In this document: positions 1 through 14,674 of the stretch, one piece after another | Position numbering within the stretch: the stretch's first letter is position 1 | Layout: each line of letters begins with the position of its first letter | NCBI GenBank assembly: GCA_051362555.1 | Contig: CM120641.1 | Span: 38,880,401-38,944,400, forward strand | DNA from: Lingula anatina | Lineage: Eukaryota; Animalia; Brachiopoda | Direction: 5' to 3' | Length of the DNA stretch: 64,000 nt | Notes under the pieces: generated by a model | What the model was told of the DNA's origin: nothing | Seen by the model: the letters and a program-made list of their open reading frames with translations, nothing else | Database searches by the model: none | Position numbers and translations under genes: made by a program

Positions 1-435
1 TAAGCCAAGTTTACAATTGTTTAATTAAATTTGTTTAAAATTTTATTCTAGCATCACAGCACCAGTTTATGTTCATTTGTAAAATATGTCTTAAACACTA
101 TTTATTTGTTGTAATTTACTTTACTTTTTTATAGGAATTGTAACTATTGATAACACTCATTAGGCTGGTTAGGTTAGGTCAGTATATATGCCGACTTAAG
201 AATAATGTAAAATACTTAGAGTTACAAGCACAATGTTTGTTTCCTGAAAAATTGCAATTAAGTTACTGCTCAGAACTGTAAACTATGGATATAATACGAA
301 AATGTACTTATTAATTTAATCAATAGAAAAAATCAGTAGGTGACATTTTGATATTTAGAACACAAGCTTAATTAATTTCTGATACATTTTTTTTTCAATT
401 GTGATTTTTTCCCGTCCTTTCTCTTATTTTATAAG

Positions 436-1197
436 CTTTGGTTCCAAAGTTGCCATAGCATTTAGGTGAGTAGGCTGCCAATTGACTTTATTGGTCACTT
501 TTTTCAGACCGCCCTCCGTCCGACCCCCTAGCCGGGTCCAGATGATACCCAACCGTAGGATTTATTTGCATTTTTTATTCATACTTATACATTTTACATA
601 CTTTTCAAATGGGTAATAGAATACTCTTTGTGTCTTTAGTAAGATACAAACCAAAATAAATAGAATTTTGCTCAAAGATACCCAATGTGTTCGTTGTATT
701 TGATTTTGTATAAAGACAGCATCTATGGATTCTGTGACAAAGCAAACTTTATCAGGATTGTAGAATTGAAAAAAGTACCCAAGAATACAGCTTAGAGCAA
801 GTGTCACTTGAATTCAAAATATTTGTTATTTTAGAAGAGCTATAGAAGTGTATGGAAATTTTAATTGTTTATGTGGAAAAAAAACTTGGAAGCATTCCAG
901 CTAGGATTTTTCCCGACAAAAACTCATTTTTAATTAATTTTCCCATGGGAAACAGCATTTTCCCCCCATCTTGCCAACCTTTAGTCTTCCTTTTCTGGCA
1001 CTCGCCATGTTTTTGTAACAGTTTTTGGAAAAGCAAAAGATCAAAACCCGACCTTTAACATAGGCTTTCCAGATACACCATTCATGACTGGACTTCTGAG
1101 TGTCCCTAAACTCGTGCCGGATGTGACATTAGAATCCAATTTATTTTCAAACTCTGTGAAGATGGCTGATCACCAAGATTGGACAGGAGGGCAGTGA
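436..1197 (+). CDS. Tentative 3'-terminal exons of an unidentified gene entering from the left: join(436..465,508..554,1073..1197)
   Basis: Three AG/GT-bounded segments with compatible phases (2-2, 2-1, 1-stop) translate as FGSKVAIAF-R-PPSVRPPSRVQMIPN-H-TPFMTGLLSVPKLVPDVTLESNLFSNSVKMADHQDWTGGQ*. No family recognised, and the first intron would be only 42 nt. Confidence 0.3.
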
Positions 1198-1384
1198 ATG
1201 TGATAATTTATTTATTTTTATTTATTTATTTTATTTATTATTATTTTTTTTTTTTTTTGCGATATTGATTAAGGCTATTTATCTGTCAATATATGTTTCA
1301 AAAGTTGTAATTGCCTTCAAAACAGTTCAATAAGAAGCTATTCATGCATTTAAATTGCTTTCAAAAACCCTGACTTGGATTGCT

Positions 1385-1585
1385 ATAAACTTTAGATTGT
1401 AATATTACATTTCTATCCAATGACATTCACATTAGACTATGTAATATAAAACAGGTGTTACATTTCACATAATATCATGTAATATTACAATTAATCCTTT
1501 CCACATTTTATTATGTAAATGTCATGTGAAAATGTCATTGGATTAAAATGTACATTGTATTACTTCTCAAAATCTGAAGTTACAC
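1385..1585. mobile_element. Imperfect foldback / MITE-like element
   Basis: The arm tacatttctatccaatgacatt (~1406-1427) is nearly the reverse complement of aatgtcattggattaaaatgta (~1531-1552). Outer arms aactttagatt / aatctgaagtt also pair. Confidence 0.45.
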
Positions 1586-1760
1586 CCGATTTATATACAT
1601 CAAGTTAAGTATTGCATTTTCTTTGTCAGTGTCAACCAGATAAGAACCTAATCCAAGTTTAACATTGTTTACATAAAAAAGGCTATATCAATCCACATTA
1701 TTTTAATCTTAGATTATTTTAACAACTTGAGTTATTTTCTTTATTTATGCTAATTTATTT

Positions 1761-1798
<38 letters not shown>

Positions 1799-2334
1799 AC
1801 ACCGCGACACTGCTTCAAGTTACGTTGTTGGCAGATTTCCAAATCCAGCCACCCCATGTGTCATTTCCTGTAAACAGATTTATCCCTGATCAGGAGGTCA
1901 TGTCATTCCAACCAGCGTTTTAAGCTTGGATTCACGTGAAAGAAGAAAGGTGTAATTAATGTCCTATTGTGACTAAATCATTACCCACCTGCGAGCTTAT
2001 GTAGAACCAATTGGCAAACCCAACAGGCTCCTAGAAGTACCAGGAGGCTGGGATGCTTTATTCTACTACTAATAATAACAATTCATTTCTTAAATCCGCG
2101 CTTCACATGCGTCTCAGCGCTGTTTACATATGTATATAAAAACTAAAACTAATATAAAGGTAATTAAAACCAAAAGATGCAAGTTAACCAAAATATTCTT
2201 TAAATAAAAAGGGTTTTATATATTTTGAAAAAACAATGATAAGAAGCATTAAAATACATTTGATTTGTTAATAAAATGGGACCATTATACTGGTGAAGCA
2301 ATCTCAACTCCTATGACCAAATTTTTTAAGTACC

Positions 2335-2441
2335 CTCTACCAGGGTGGCAGATTATATAGGGAAAGACGGAAAAATCCACACAGCCTGTCTATTTATCTA
2401 GAGACATATCTGTGAAAAATCAATCTGTCGCCCTGGTAGAG
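2335..2441. mobile_element. Short MITE with ~20-bp terminal inverted repeats (hAT-like CAGGG core)
   Basis: ctctaccagggtggcagatt (2335-2354) and aatctgtcgccctggtagag (2422-2441) are reverse complements with 2 mismatches. Confidence 0.5.
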
Positions 2442-4145
2442 TCTTTTTCGCGTCGTTTCGCTTAAGTTGAAATTGACCACTGGATCGAGTTCCAATGGGA
2501 GTTTAAAGTTCTATTATATTGCCCATGTACTATGGACAGTCGCCCTTAAAAGTTTTAAAAGTCAAGAGTAATAGACTATAAAGGACTATTCTTTGATACA
2601 CGGGTAGCCAATGAAGGTCGCAGAGAACTAGTGTGTGATGTGGTGGGGACTAGAACTAGTGTGATTACGGAGGGGACGAGCTGCTGAACTTTACATAGAC
2701 TGTAGTTTTCCATTTGAAAGTTATGTATTCCGAACAAGAGGCTGTTTCAATACTCGAGGGTAGAAGTCAAAAATGCATGGATGAGTATCTATGTTTTCTT
2801 GCTGTCAACAAAGTGAAGAATCTTATTATATTATATTATATTCAATGCAGACTAAAATATGGTGATTTACACACTTCTACTAATCAATTAATTTAATCTA
2901 ATTCTCACTCTTATCCATAATTTAATATTTCACAAATTAATTTACTACTTTATTTACAAATTAATTAACTAAATGGATAAATTAATCACCACCAAAATCT
3001 AGCCAATTTCTGACCTATCCTGAAAATTTCGTTTAAATCCCTGTAGGACGTTTTGCATAACTTTAACAAACAAACAGGCTCTATTTATTAAGTAATCGAT
3101 TGATTGATGGATCATCAATAAAATTAAATGGTCTGTTAATTACTCCCAACACATTTCAGCAAAACCATTCCACAACTTATTGCATACAGTTGCCATCAGA
3201 CAGACTGACATACAGACAAATAATTAACTAATAATTTATTAACGGATCACCACCAAATCTCATCGTTTCTTACTTGATCCATTCTGATAGTCTCTGAAAA
3301 TTTCATCAAAATTTTCCCATAACTTTTTTCCATTAGGATGCTTACACACAAACGAACAAACAAAGATAATTCGAAACCAAAAACATAACGTGCTTTGCGG
3401 AGGTAATGATGTAGATATAAACATATTAACGGAATAATTCCCGATAATGAGCAATGATGAACTGTTATGATACAAAATTTTAAATGTGATATTTTAAAGT
3501 CACTGTTGTCACTACTTAAAAACAGTTTGTCATGTCTTGACAAATTACATTACACAAAAATTACATAAAACAATAGCACAAACCTCCTTAGTTGTTCTAA
3601 GACAAAAAAATGAATATTTTTAAAAGTATATATTTGTGACGGCGTTTGAAATGACTTAATTTCGAATAGCTATTTTTTCTATTAGGCTAATCTATAACCC
3701 TGCCATGTAGGCCCTATCAAGCTTTTGACACCGATATCTTCATTTAACTTCTATCCTTCTATAGTTCATCTTCAGTGACAGGTACAGTTTAATGTAATTT
3801 ACAGAATGCAGTCATTTATTTTGACGTTCTACCATACGTATCGATTGCCTCTCTACAAAAGAAATTGGTTGCTGTCCCGGTTACTCCGGGCTCAGACCCT
3901 TCCGCGACCACGTCAATTAAGAAATTTTGGTGAATAACCCATTCGAGAATGACATGAGACTTGTGGGACTCATTGCTACGCCATTATACCATCCTCTTAC
4001 TGGTTGCAAATATTATACAAGTGATTTGAACAGTTCCATAAACTCGAAGGCAAGTGATGCAGACTAAGATAGCCTGGGAGACTGTGTAGGTCAACTGCAC
4101 CTTATGCCCCCATGGCGATTCTCTGTGGACGATGGTCGAAAACAT

Positions 4146-5303
4146 GGTATAAAGAGATGATAGAGACCATCCATATTTTTGCTCGGTGTGAACGGGGCGT
4201 AATAGTTTCCGCTATGCAGTAGTTTGTGCCATATCATTAAATTTATTTACCCGCGTTATCTACCAAACTATACCCGAACTATATGTTACATATGGCAGAA
4301 ATAGATGTTGTTAAAACTACAATATGCAACTTCCTTATTTCTTTGCGATTTTGTGCGCAAGAAAAAGGCGAGAAGAACTGTACCGTTTTTAATTTCCTAA
4401 ATTTTTTACACCCAGTGTAGTTCCACCTGTTTTAGTAGTATGTAAGTGGAATTAGCAATTGACTGTGAGGTATTTTAAAATCTTCATTTTGTATTGACGA
4501 GGAATATTCATCCTCTTTTGCTGTTCTCTATTGTACAAAAATAAACTTTTCTACGCTGGCCGTGGATCAATCGAAGATAATTAACTGCAAAGGAAAGAAA
4601 AAAAACTCATGACAGAGCAAGTTCAAATCAGGGGTAGTCAATTATATTTCTTAATTGGCTTGCCTCAGGAATTCATGCCATTATTTCGTAGGTTAGTTTA
4701 CCATCGGTTTAAGGTCGCTGTATAGACTCCAGGTTCCTTCACACCAGCAAGACCAACACTACATCCTTGGCCGCGAAATAGTGGGTATAGAAGAAAAACA
4801 CAATTAAGTAATAGGTTACGTGAAACAATGGAAAATGGGCGGGGGCTCAGATTAGCCCCTTGATAACAGCATTCATGGATCGATACAGAGTATGAAAACA
4901 TGCAATGTCTTTGGCTGGCTCGACATGTGCTAGTTGTGTAAATCAGCAAAAGTGTTGCGGGAAGTATCTTCTTGCAATGATTGGTGTGAAGAAAATCACC
5001 GGCTGTCTTTGTCTTCACAGGAATTTAAATTAAAGAAAATGAGATAAGAAGAATAGCATGATCATTAACTTCATAATTTGTATAGGCTTAGGATTTTCTT
5101 TTCATAACATTCGCACACTTATACTTTCCAAATGTTCCACAATATCGATATTGAAAAAGATGACCAATTAAGGCTGACGACTTTGGCGAAGTGAGACGTT
5201 AACAACTTGTAAAATACAACAATGGCACTAAACCATGCGGTTTGGTGCCATTGCCATTTACACCGAGCAAAAAGATGGATAGTCTCTATCATCTCTTTGT
5301 ACC
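4146..5303. repeat. ~45-bp inverted repeat pair 1.1 kb apart (MITE termini, Harbinger-like ...TTACACCG motif)
   Basis: ggtataaagagatgatagagaccatccatatttttgctcggtgt (~4146-4189) is the reverse complement of acaccgagcaaaaagatggatagtctctatcatctctttgtacc (~5260-5303) with about 3 mismatches. Confidence 0.6.
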
Positions 5304-8300
5304 GAGCTGAGCGACTTTGACCCTCTTTCTGTATTTTTGGCACCGAGAAGCTCTGTTTTGCCCCCCACCTGTCCCTCACCTGCTGATCAGACTTGTCAGA
5401 CGTTCACTGGACGTTTTCTTGGAAATTTCACTTGGCCAGATCTGCCTTGGTCCTCTCTCTCTCTCTCTCCTTTTTTTTTTTTTTTTTTTTTTTTTTTGGC
5501 TTTGGTTTTTAACACTACCATAGGCACCAAAGAAACGCTGAATCTCATTTCCGCCATTAGAGCTTTCAAGACGGACGGGACCCATACACTTTAATCAGAA
5601 TGCACTTAACCAGAATGTACTGAGGTGTAATAGGGGCCTACATGATGTACTCTTAACATCCGTTAATGATTCCGATCGCAATGTAGTAAAAGTACATGAA
5701 AATGGGAAAACAGACTAAGACGAGGATGCAGTTCGGATTGGTTCATTTACGCTGTCATCAGTCATTTCATAGAAATCCTAATTGCAAGTGCCTGGGTTTG
5801 AGTAAAAGCATAAAGAGATTTCCGACAAAGAATAAGCAAAATACTTGAAATATAAGTTTTTCTCTAATTTGTCATTTCCATACCATGCTGTGAAATACAG
5901 CAAACAATTTGCCAGTGGACCACACTTGTGGTAAAAAGATGTCCGTCAGATTAACGTTAACTGGGTTGGCAAAGTACTGGGAACTCAGCGGTAACTAAAC
6001 ATGCAACCCCAACCCGCAGTAAATATTCTCTGGACCAAAATATATCCAGGCAAGAAAACAGTTCAGGACCACGTTTGATCAGCCTGTGATGGACATTTAC
6101 AGTTGACAGACCAAAACAGAGTCTCTCGGTACCAAAAACTCTTAAGTTCGAGATGATCACCAGATATGAGACCTCCAGTCACACGTGGTACACAATGTAA
6201 ATATATCTATGATTTGCAGTAGCACTTTGATCTCATTATACCTCAGTGCATTCAGGATAAGGTTTCTGTGTCCTGCGTGTCATGTCAGCTCTATGTGCGT
6301 AATACAGGAAATGATATTATAGGCATCTAAATTGAAAAGAAATCTGCCACAGTAGCTTTCCACCGCCGCGTGAAAGATAAATCACAGCGATTTTTAACGG
6401 CATGACAGACCAAAAGAAAGCTCGTGTTACAGATGCATTTCTTCGTATATTTCTAACCACTTTCTTTGCATTCCAACATCCCTTGGCTCTTACGAAAACC
6501 TTTTTTAACACAATTTAAATATCACACAATTGTAATATGACCGGCGCGCTGAAAACCGCCAGTCAGCGAGGACACAGCATGCCATGAACCAAACAATATA
6601 CCACTTACATGTAGTTGCCATTATGGCCTATCGAAGATGCGTTAATACTTATCTTTTAAGTGATGCTAAGGCCTTGATTTGCCTACTGTCATGATACGGT
6701 TGATTTCGTTAATCGAATAATCGATCGCCATGCTATAAAACATTTTCTCATCCTTTTTCTGTCTCATTCGAGACCCTTGAGATTACCAGGCCAGTCACAG
6801 TGCTCTTCATGCACCAATGTTTCTGTTTGAGGGTTCCAATTTTGACATTTTCTCTTTTTTCTCTTACCTGCTAACGTTTCTTTGTTTGTCTTTTTGTTTA
6901 TTCATTTATTTTTTTATATCCAAAGAACTGTTAAATTGGCCATTGTGTTTTTATTTTCACTGAGAAGTGTAACGTATTAGTTATTTATATCTGTTTCATC
7001 CTACTGTATGTCATCAAATCATGATCATCATTTTTTTTTTCTTTCGTTTTAGCTTTTTTTTAGATTCTGTTATGTGTCTTGACATAGAGTATAGCATAAT
7101 ACTAGAACAGGTAGAACGAGAGTTCTGGAATATAACCCTTTGAAATCACGAACACAGCGAGCAGTGCGTGTTATACGCAGCTTTTATGAACTAAATTTAG
7201 GATAAATACCTGCATTTTGGTGTTTGGAATGAAAGCAGAAGGAAATTTTGTTCAAAGGATCATGTGGGGTTATAGACAACACTTGCTCTTTTTTCTTTTC
7301 GATAGGCACCATAGGTTTTTTATTCTTTGTCGCACTGCGCTCGCCAATCTGCCATTGTTTCTAACCCCAATGTTCTCTACATCTCGTGAAATCTCCCTCA
7401 ATTCTATGTTAATTCGCGAGACTGCTGGTTATCTCACATGGTTTTCAATAACCAGCGATCGCAGCATGACCACGCAAGCTTATTTTCTTTTGTCACAAAC
7501 AGATCATTTTTTGAAATAATCAAAAATGAACTCTTTCTCAGTCTACACAAAATTTGGCATCATAACCTAACTGATGGACTTATTCAACAGTCATACTTAA
7601 GTATAATAGTTCTCGTTTGAGAAATATTTGTAAGTTTCAGTTTAAACAAACTTGATTTCCAAGCCATGAAGTATAAAGAACTAGATAAGAAAGATGTTAC
7701 GGCATTGTTTAAGATAACCTCAATGGTTATTTTCCGTTTTATCAATTTTAAGCAGGTCCATCATGTGTTTATTTTGCTGTTCTTGCTTCTAAAGGCTGCC
7801 CTATCCCAATTCTTTGAGTATGGAGAAAGTTAAAACATAAATTACATATTAAAAATAACTTTCGGGCCTTATTGGCAAATCTTATCACGCAAAACAAAAA
7901 AAAATGCAATTACGAAGCCATGGGAAATACATTAATTATGATATTAATGTGTAGACTATACGATTTTAGCTTGTCATTTAATACAAATATCTAAGTGGAC
8001 GGTAATCATTTATGGTCTATTTCTGAAAAAATGTGACAATTACTATCCCAAGGGTCACATGCGAGTATTAAAATCTCCTTGCTTTCTCAGAAATCTAATA
8101 ATCTTCATAAGTGGCCACCTACTGCTGAAGTGCAAGCAAAGAAGATCAGTAGGAAGAGATCTCCTAAGATTTAAACCCAAACTTAATTCTTGTTTCAAAC
8201 AGGTTTCTTGATTAATAAACAATAAACACACCATGTTGCTATATTATTTTGTCGTAACGTGGTGTGTTTATTATCCTGCAGCAGGTTTAAATACTTTGTA

Positions 8301-8458
8301 GGATCTTTTAAATGGCAACATAATGCCGAATTAAATCTTTCCAGTAGTTATTACGGATTATATGCATTGACTTAACGCTGCAGGCTATGTCAAAACATGT
8401 TTGTGTTTATACCATAAAGGAATGGTCCTGTTTCACATTGAAATTAGCTTAGCAGAGA

Positions 8459-8460
<2 letters not shown>

Positions 8461-8527
<67 letters not shown>
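8461..8527. repeat. (AT)n microsatellite
   Basis: Uninterrupted AT dinucleotide run. Confidence 0.95.
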
Positions 8528-8529
<2 letters not shown>

Positions 8530-11500
8530 CACGCTTCAGCTTTTACAGTGTCATTCAAAGCATCTTGCTATAGAAAAACATTGATCCCCCCCTCTGTTTT
8601 AAAAGATTTCTACAATTGTCATATCTTTTTTAAAAAAGTAGGCCTACTGGTAACGATAGACGATAGGCATAAATGGTGCTTCAAGGTCGATTTTGACCAA
8701 GGATGTCAGAGACCCTACTTGGTGAAGTTTCGGTTGCTCGTACGGAGGGACCAAGCCGATAAGGGTTTTCTATTTTTACTTTGAGCACGGTTTGTAAACT
8801 CCAGTGTAGGTCTTGCGTTTCAGTGATATAAGTACAACAACCTTGGTACCACATTGGGCACATTGTCCGTTCTGTGATAACAAAAACAAAGCGAAACAAT
8901 GGTTAGCAGTAGTTAATGTAATGATAAAATGATAATTCTTGTAATGTAATATTTATTTGTAGCTTCTCTTTGTCCAGTTAACAGTCCGATTTAAACATAG
9001 CACCCAAACACTACTTTTTTAACATTTGTAGGTTCATAAACTTGCACATGTTGCATAATTCCACATGGGTTTGCAACAAACATTCTCAATATATCATATA
9101 TTTTAACGTCGTGGCATGAATGTCAACTTCACTTGGATGTGTATCTCCCGTGTGGAATTACATAAAGTCAATAGGTCATATTGGTACTGAAGTCAAAAAT
9201 CTAATCAGTTCAGCTCTTCTGTAAACTGATTCCTTTTAGCTGCACTACAGGGATAGCTTCCAATTGTTTTGACAGCCACTGTTTTATAGCGTTTCTCTGG
9301 GAATTCTTAATGAGAAACCTGTAAAAAACTCATATGCAGGTCATTATTAAGTTGAAGATAATGTTTATCGCATTTGCTTTTTTTGTCCTCCGAAATAAGC
9401 TGTTAGTAAAATAAATTTAAACAATTTATATTGAACCATAATGCACCCTCACCCAAACTTCCAGGTTTGTTTAGATGTTAATGTAAGTACAAAACTATTC
9501 TGTGAACCATGCTACGTGGCATCGACATCGATATTGGCTAAACAGTCGCCTACGCAAACAAACAAATATATTCAGACGCCTTCAAATCTATTTGGTAAAT
9601 AACTGGTAGGCCTAATAAATCTTGATGAATCTACAGACCGTTCCCACCTCATTTAAAGCCTGCGACAAAATTCCATGTAATAGAGACATTGTTTAACATA
9701 GACAAAACTAAAAATAGATATATATTTCAAACCCTTGATTATACACTTGTGAAGTAATTGTATGTGTCACACAGGCACTCTAATTTGTGACCCGGGTGTG
9801 TTGTACTTTATTGTATGTTTTACGTTAGGCCACACTTTTTTATTTTTCTGGATGACATCCTGCGCGCGCACCGATTTTCGCCCGTTCTCCGAAACCCCCC
9901 CCCCCCCCCCCCCCCCAGTCCCTAACGAAGTCGGTTGTCGCAAACATCGTTATTGACTTTGCCAGGAAATGAGCTTTCTGTGCATGCGTATTATCGCCAC
10001 GTGGAAATGTGGCCGCTTTGCCGTCAAATTCATCTCTAGGATTACTTTCAAGTCATAAAGAGAACGGCTGCCGTCGTTTTGGATTGGTATGCCATTGATA
10101 TTGGGCATGGAGATATCACCTTTTTACAATTGTGCGAAAGGCTAGCGGCCGCCAGCGATTATCGCCCGAAAAATTTCAGTGACATTCTGTACAAAGCAGT
10201 ACATAGGCTACCAGGTTTTCTGTAGCGAAAAAAGGGTCGACAAGGGCGTCGAGGTATTTGGTGGGCTGAAGGTAGGACAGGCCACCTGACAGTTTGGCCG
10301 TGTGAGTCGAATTAGACAAAATGGCATCGTCCGAAATGACCTTTAATAGATTTGGTAGTATTAAGCATATCTTTGCATCATTTTTTAAACATTTCTCTGA
10401 AGTGTTCAAAATGCTTTAATATTCTGAGAATACAAATAAAGACACACTGTTTGTTTGATATTTTTTTATTGATTGCTATACCAACAAAATGCATGGAATA
10501 ACCTTAATAGATTTTGTAATAAGAAGTATATCTATTCATGACTTTTTTTTACATTTCAACGAACTATTCACAATGCTTTAATATTTTGAGAGCATGGATA
10601 AAGACATATTGTTAGTTTGATACGTGTTTCTGTGGTAAAATTTGTGTTTCCAGCTGTGTACTGACAGCATTCCTTTACTTAAGTAGTATTTTTTTTTCGC
10701 CCTCTCGCACCGATTTTGGGGTACCCAGAGGATGTCATCCATAAAAATAAAAAAGTGTGGCCTTATTAACAATACTGTAAACAATAACAACTTTGAGAAG
10801 AAGGTACTAACATTCTACAAAGGCATTATTGCTTGATATAATAAACTGCATCGGCATTATATCATGGTGAATGTGTCAACAAGTTTTTTATACTAAGATA
10901 ATAAGAAAATTGAAACGTTTCAACGTAAGATCCAGTATTAGATTTAATTTTCTCATAATCTTTGCATCGGCATTATATTTACAAACATTTACAATAAAAT
11001 CGAGTGAAGGTGACCAAAAAATGAAGTTGTGAATGATTATACGTGAATAAGTGAAACTTTATAAGCTATGTAAAGCAAACTAATCAACATGTAAAATAAT
11101 CTAGGATATTTGATTATTCAAAAAATAAACTGAAAGTGCACATCAAAAGTACAAGTTCAAACCAAGAAAGAAAAATAATAAAAAGTCGGTTATTTCAAGG
11201 ATAAAGGCTAATGTCTATTTCCTTTGACGCCTACAGAACAGTCTCCTGTGAAATGGTAGGGTTCCTTGTTCGTTGCCAATCAAGAGCAATTCGGGAAATT
11301 GGTTTGTGCTCTTTACCGCATGAAATCCCATAAGACATATTAGTAAACTCCACTTCGAACTCTTTGACACATACAGTGAACTACTTTTCCCAGCTTCCTT
11401 GTTAACATACTTTCGCCTTACGTGACATTAAGCAGTCAGCGCTCATTAAACTGGTTTATATAATAGGTTATGCTCTCGATTTCTTTTATAACTGGGCAGA

Positions 11501-11687
11501 CTATCGGTTAGCTTTAGGACGATTAATCGGTTCTTTGTCAGTGGCAATTTTTTTTTGTTCCAGTCTAAAATACCCAAAGCTTTCGATACTTCCTCATTTG
11601 CAAATACCAGTCATTTGATAAACTTTTCGACTCTCCGACAGAACCACTTTAGTAGGCCTACAAAGCTAGGGGTTGGATGTGACGCCG

Positions 11688-14589
11688 TTATATCCAATCA
11701 TTAGGCCTATGCTTCGAACCTTTGCAATGTCCATTGCCTCTCAGAATGCTGACGAAAGCTTTAGGATTTATCTCAGGCGAAACTTTTTCGTTTGAACAGT
11801 GCCCTGTAACCGTGTTCTCCTTCTCTGGTGAAGGAGTTATCCTTGGCGTTGTCGAGCGTTTCCCATTGATTACTGTCCTGGGGGCAGCTTTAACGGAACA
11901 CGTTGCACGGCTATGAATGTGAACGGAACTTAGTCGCGTTGTGCTAGACAATGATCTTTGACTGGACCGGAAGCTCGCAGGCCTCGCCGTAAAAGTTCGC
12001 TTGGGTCGGTTGTAGTGACTGTAAGAGGAGTTTCCGAAAAGACGGTCCTTACATCTCAGGCACAAATAAAGCAGGTTGGCCTGAAAGAAATGATTGAAAT
12101 ATGTATTTGGTATCTCTTAACACGCTATTACTAATATAGTGAGGCGTTAATGCTATGCGTGAAGAAAAAAGTTCCTTGTATCTAGAATAAATGTACAGAA
12201 AATAAAATTTGGGAAAGAATTCTTTTTTTTTAATTAAAACTGAACAAATGAATGGGTTAACATTAGTGATAATGGTGAAAACTAAGGTATGGACGCGTTT
12301 GGCACCTAATAATTGATGGTTCAAGTCATTCATTCATTTTCAGATAATACATTCAAAGCCGTGACATGGTGGTTATTTTGGTCAACCGGAATTCTTGAGT
12401 TACTATACATGTATGATGACAAAGAAGGCAATTAAATATAAATCATAAGACAACGCGTTAAAAATTCATGGCCTTGTTTAAATTTGTTTTAAACATGCTT
12501 TTTTGTTTTGTGCTAGGACCAATTTCACTGTACATTAAGAGGTAAAAGAAGGAGTGTGCATCTGTTCACTCGATTTTTAGAAGGAATACACTTACCCGGA
12601 ATGTATCATTTAGAAAACCATAAATGAAAGGATTAGCGAAACTGTTCGCCATGGCCAACCAATGACAGGCAAAGAACACGCCATAGTATATCTGTCCGTG
12701 TGATGCTGTAAAGCTTTCGAAGATATCCGGTTTTATATCTGACACCAAGTAGAATAAATGTAGTGGTAGCCAACACACGGCAAACACTGCGACCACTGTG
12801 ACCAACATTTTGATAACCTGGAACAAGTTTTAACATTACATTCAGATCAAATATACCGATTTAATTAAGTGTAACGAGCGCTTAATTAGATAATTCATGC
12901 TATGCTTGAATCTGTTTTCTACAAAACTGTCTTTGGTAATAACATACACCACGTTAGCTTGCAATAAAAGGCAGCATAACGGAAATGAATGCTTCAAAAT
13001 CCATTTATTTTGAAACAAATGGTAAGGGTCGGTTACTCCCGATGCTTGACTTACAATGCACAGCCGAATATCTTTATTCAGATATCAAATGGAAATTGTG
13101 TGCCAGAAATAACTTCTACCTTTCTCTTTGATCTCATTTGCATCTTGTCCCTGAATTCATCGGCGTTCCCGGGGGTGGTTCTCTCCCACAGGGTCCTCCC
13201 CACGCGGTAGTAACTGCAGGCCAGGACCACCAGGGGCACCACATAGGTAGTGGTGAATATGAACACCGTGTACGCTGGAAAGTTTGGTATTTGACAAATT
13301 ACAGACAGAAATCACATAAAAGTACAAGATTATTATTGGTCTTACAAGATTGGCATTACATTTGCACCGTTAGAAGAACGGTATCAAGTTTACCATTTAG
13401 AACAACAGAAAAGTACCCAAGTCTACTAGTCAGTGTATCGGCAGACAATTGCGGCGTTGAGTGCCTGTGTATTTTCTCTAGTTATCAGATCTGTGACACA
13501 CCATCAAGAGATGCAGAAAGAATCACGCAACATATAGTTCAATGAATAGAAAATATTACTTCTTATATTACACATTATCTATTAAAATACATTGAACAGA
13601 ATGAAGTAATTTTACTTCAGTCAACAGCCAATTTTAACGCCCTTTTTTCTACTGCTGCCAATTAGCTGTCAATATTAGCTGCTGATTAAACAATAATTAC
13701 TTTATTTTCATAACAAAACACAGCTGATGTAATTCTTCTCCGACAGAACAAATCATCTCTATCGTCTTGACTGTAAATAGGCCTATCATTTAAAGCGAAG
13801 GAATGATACTACCTCTTCATTAAATAAACCTATGGCGTAAGAAATCGTCAAAAACTTCCATGGTCTGTAGAATAAAGTATTCTTGTTACTTTATTTCGAT
13901 ATAGGCCTATATGTTCGGTCAATATACTGTATATTTTAAAATGCAGACCGTAATCTTTAATACAACAATCTGCCAAGTTGATATAAATAGACTTATTCGT
14001 AGACTTATAGTAGTAAACACCACCTAGTAAGTCCTAACTAAACTTGTTAAAGTTTGTTTAAACACACCCTTTTGTTTTTTTCTACCTTCTCCTGATGTTG
14101 ATAATAAAGTATTTTTCTAAGACTTTTGCAAGCCTTGTGATGGCTCTATAATGTTGGTTTGTTAAATGTTATTACTTCCTCGAAAACGCTACGCAGAAAG
14201 ACAACATGATAGGTCTGTTTTATGAATCATGACTAAACGCACATGACAGCGTGGTTCACTGTTAATTGGAATGCCTCCATTTGGTGTCTTAAATGTCGCT
14301 CAAATGTCAATAACAGGTCGTTTGTCTGCGTCTCAGTTCGATGTTGGAATTTAAAAAACAATTTTGAAAACTATGATGGATTTTGTCCGAAGAAGACATG
14401 GTTGATTTAATGGAAGACGTGGTTGATTTAATATTGATCAGAAACGAAAACATAGGCTTCTTCATTGGTACGTCTGCTTTTTGTGACAAATTTATATTTA
14501 GTTCTTCAATCGACGCTGAAAAAACAGCACACCTAACTTAGGGTCTTGATGTGCGTTTTTTTTTAATCGTTCGTCTGTGTGTTGACACA

Positions 14590-14674
<85 letters not shown>

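Noticed and set aside
8401-8784. 127-aa ORF with YIYIYI run (also poly-F/K ORFs at 5317-5594 and HT-repeat ORFs at 19391 and 45591)
   Set aside because: These are translations of microsatellites or homopolymers with no splice or family support.
10410-10622. ~50-bp diverged direct repeat downstream of GPCR1
   Set aside because: An ordinary local duplication with no similarity to the repeat downstream of GPCR2 and no functional signal.
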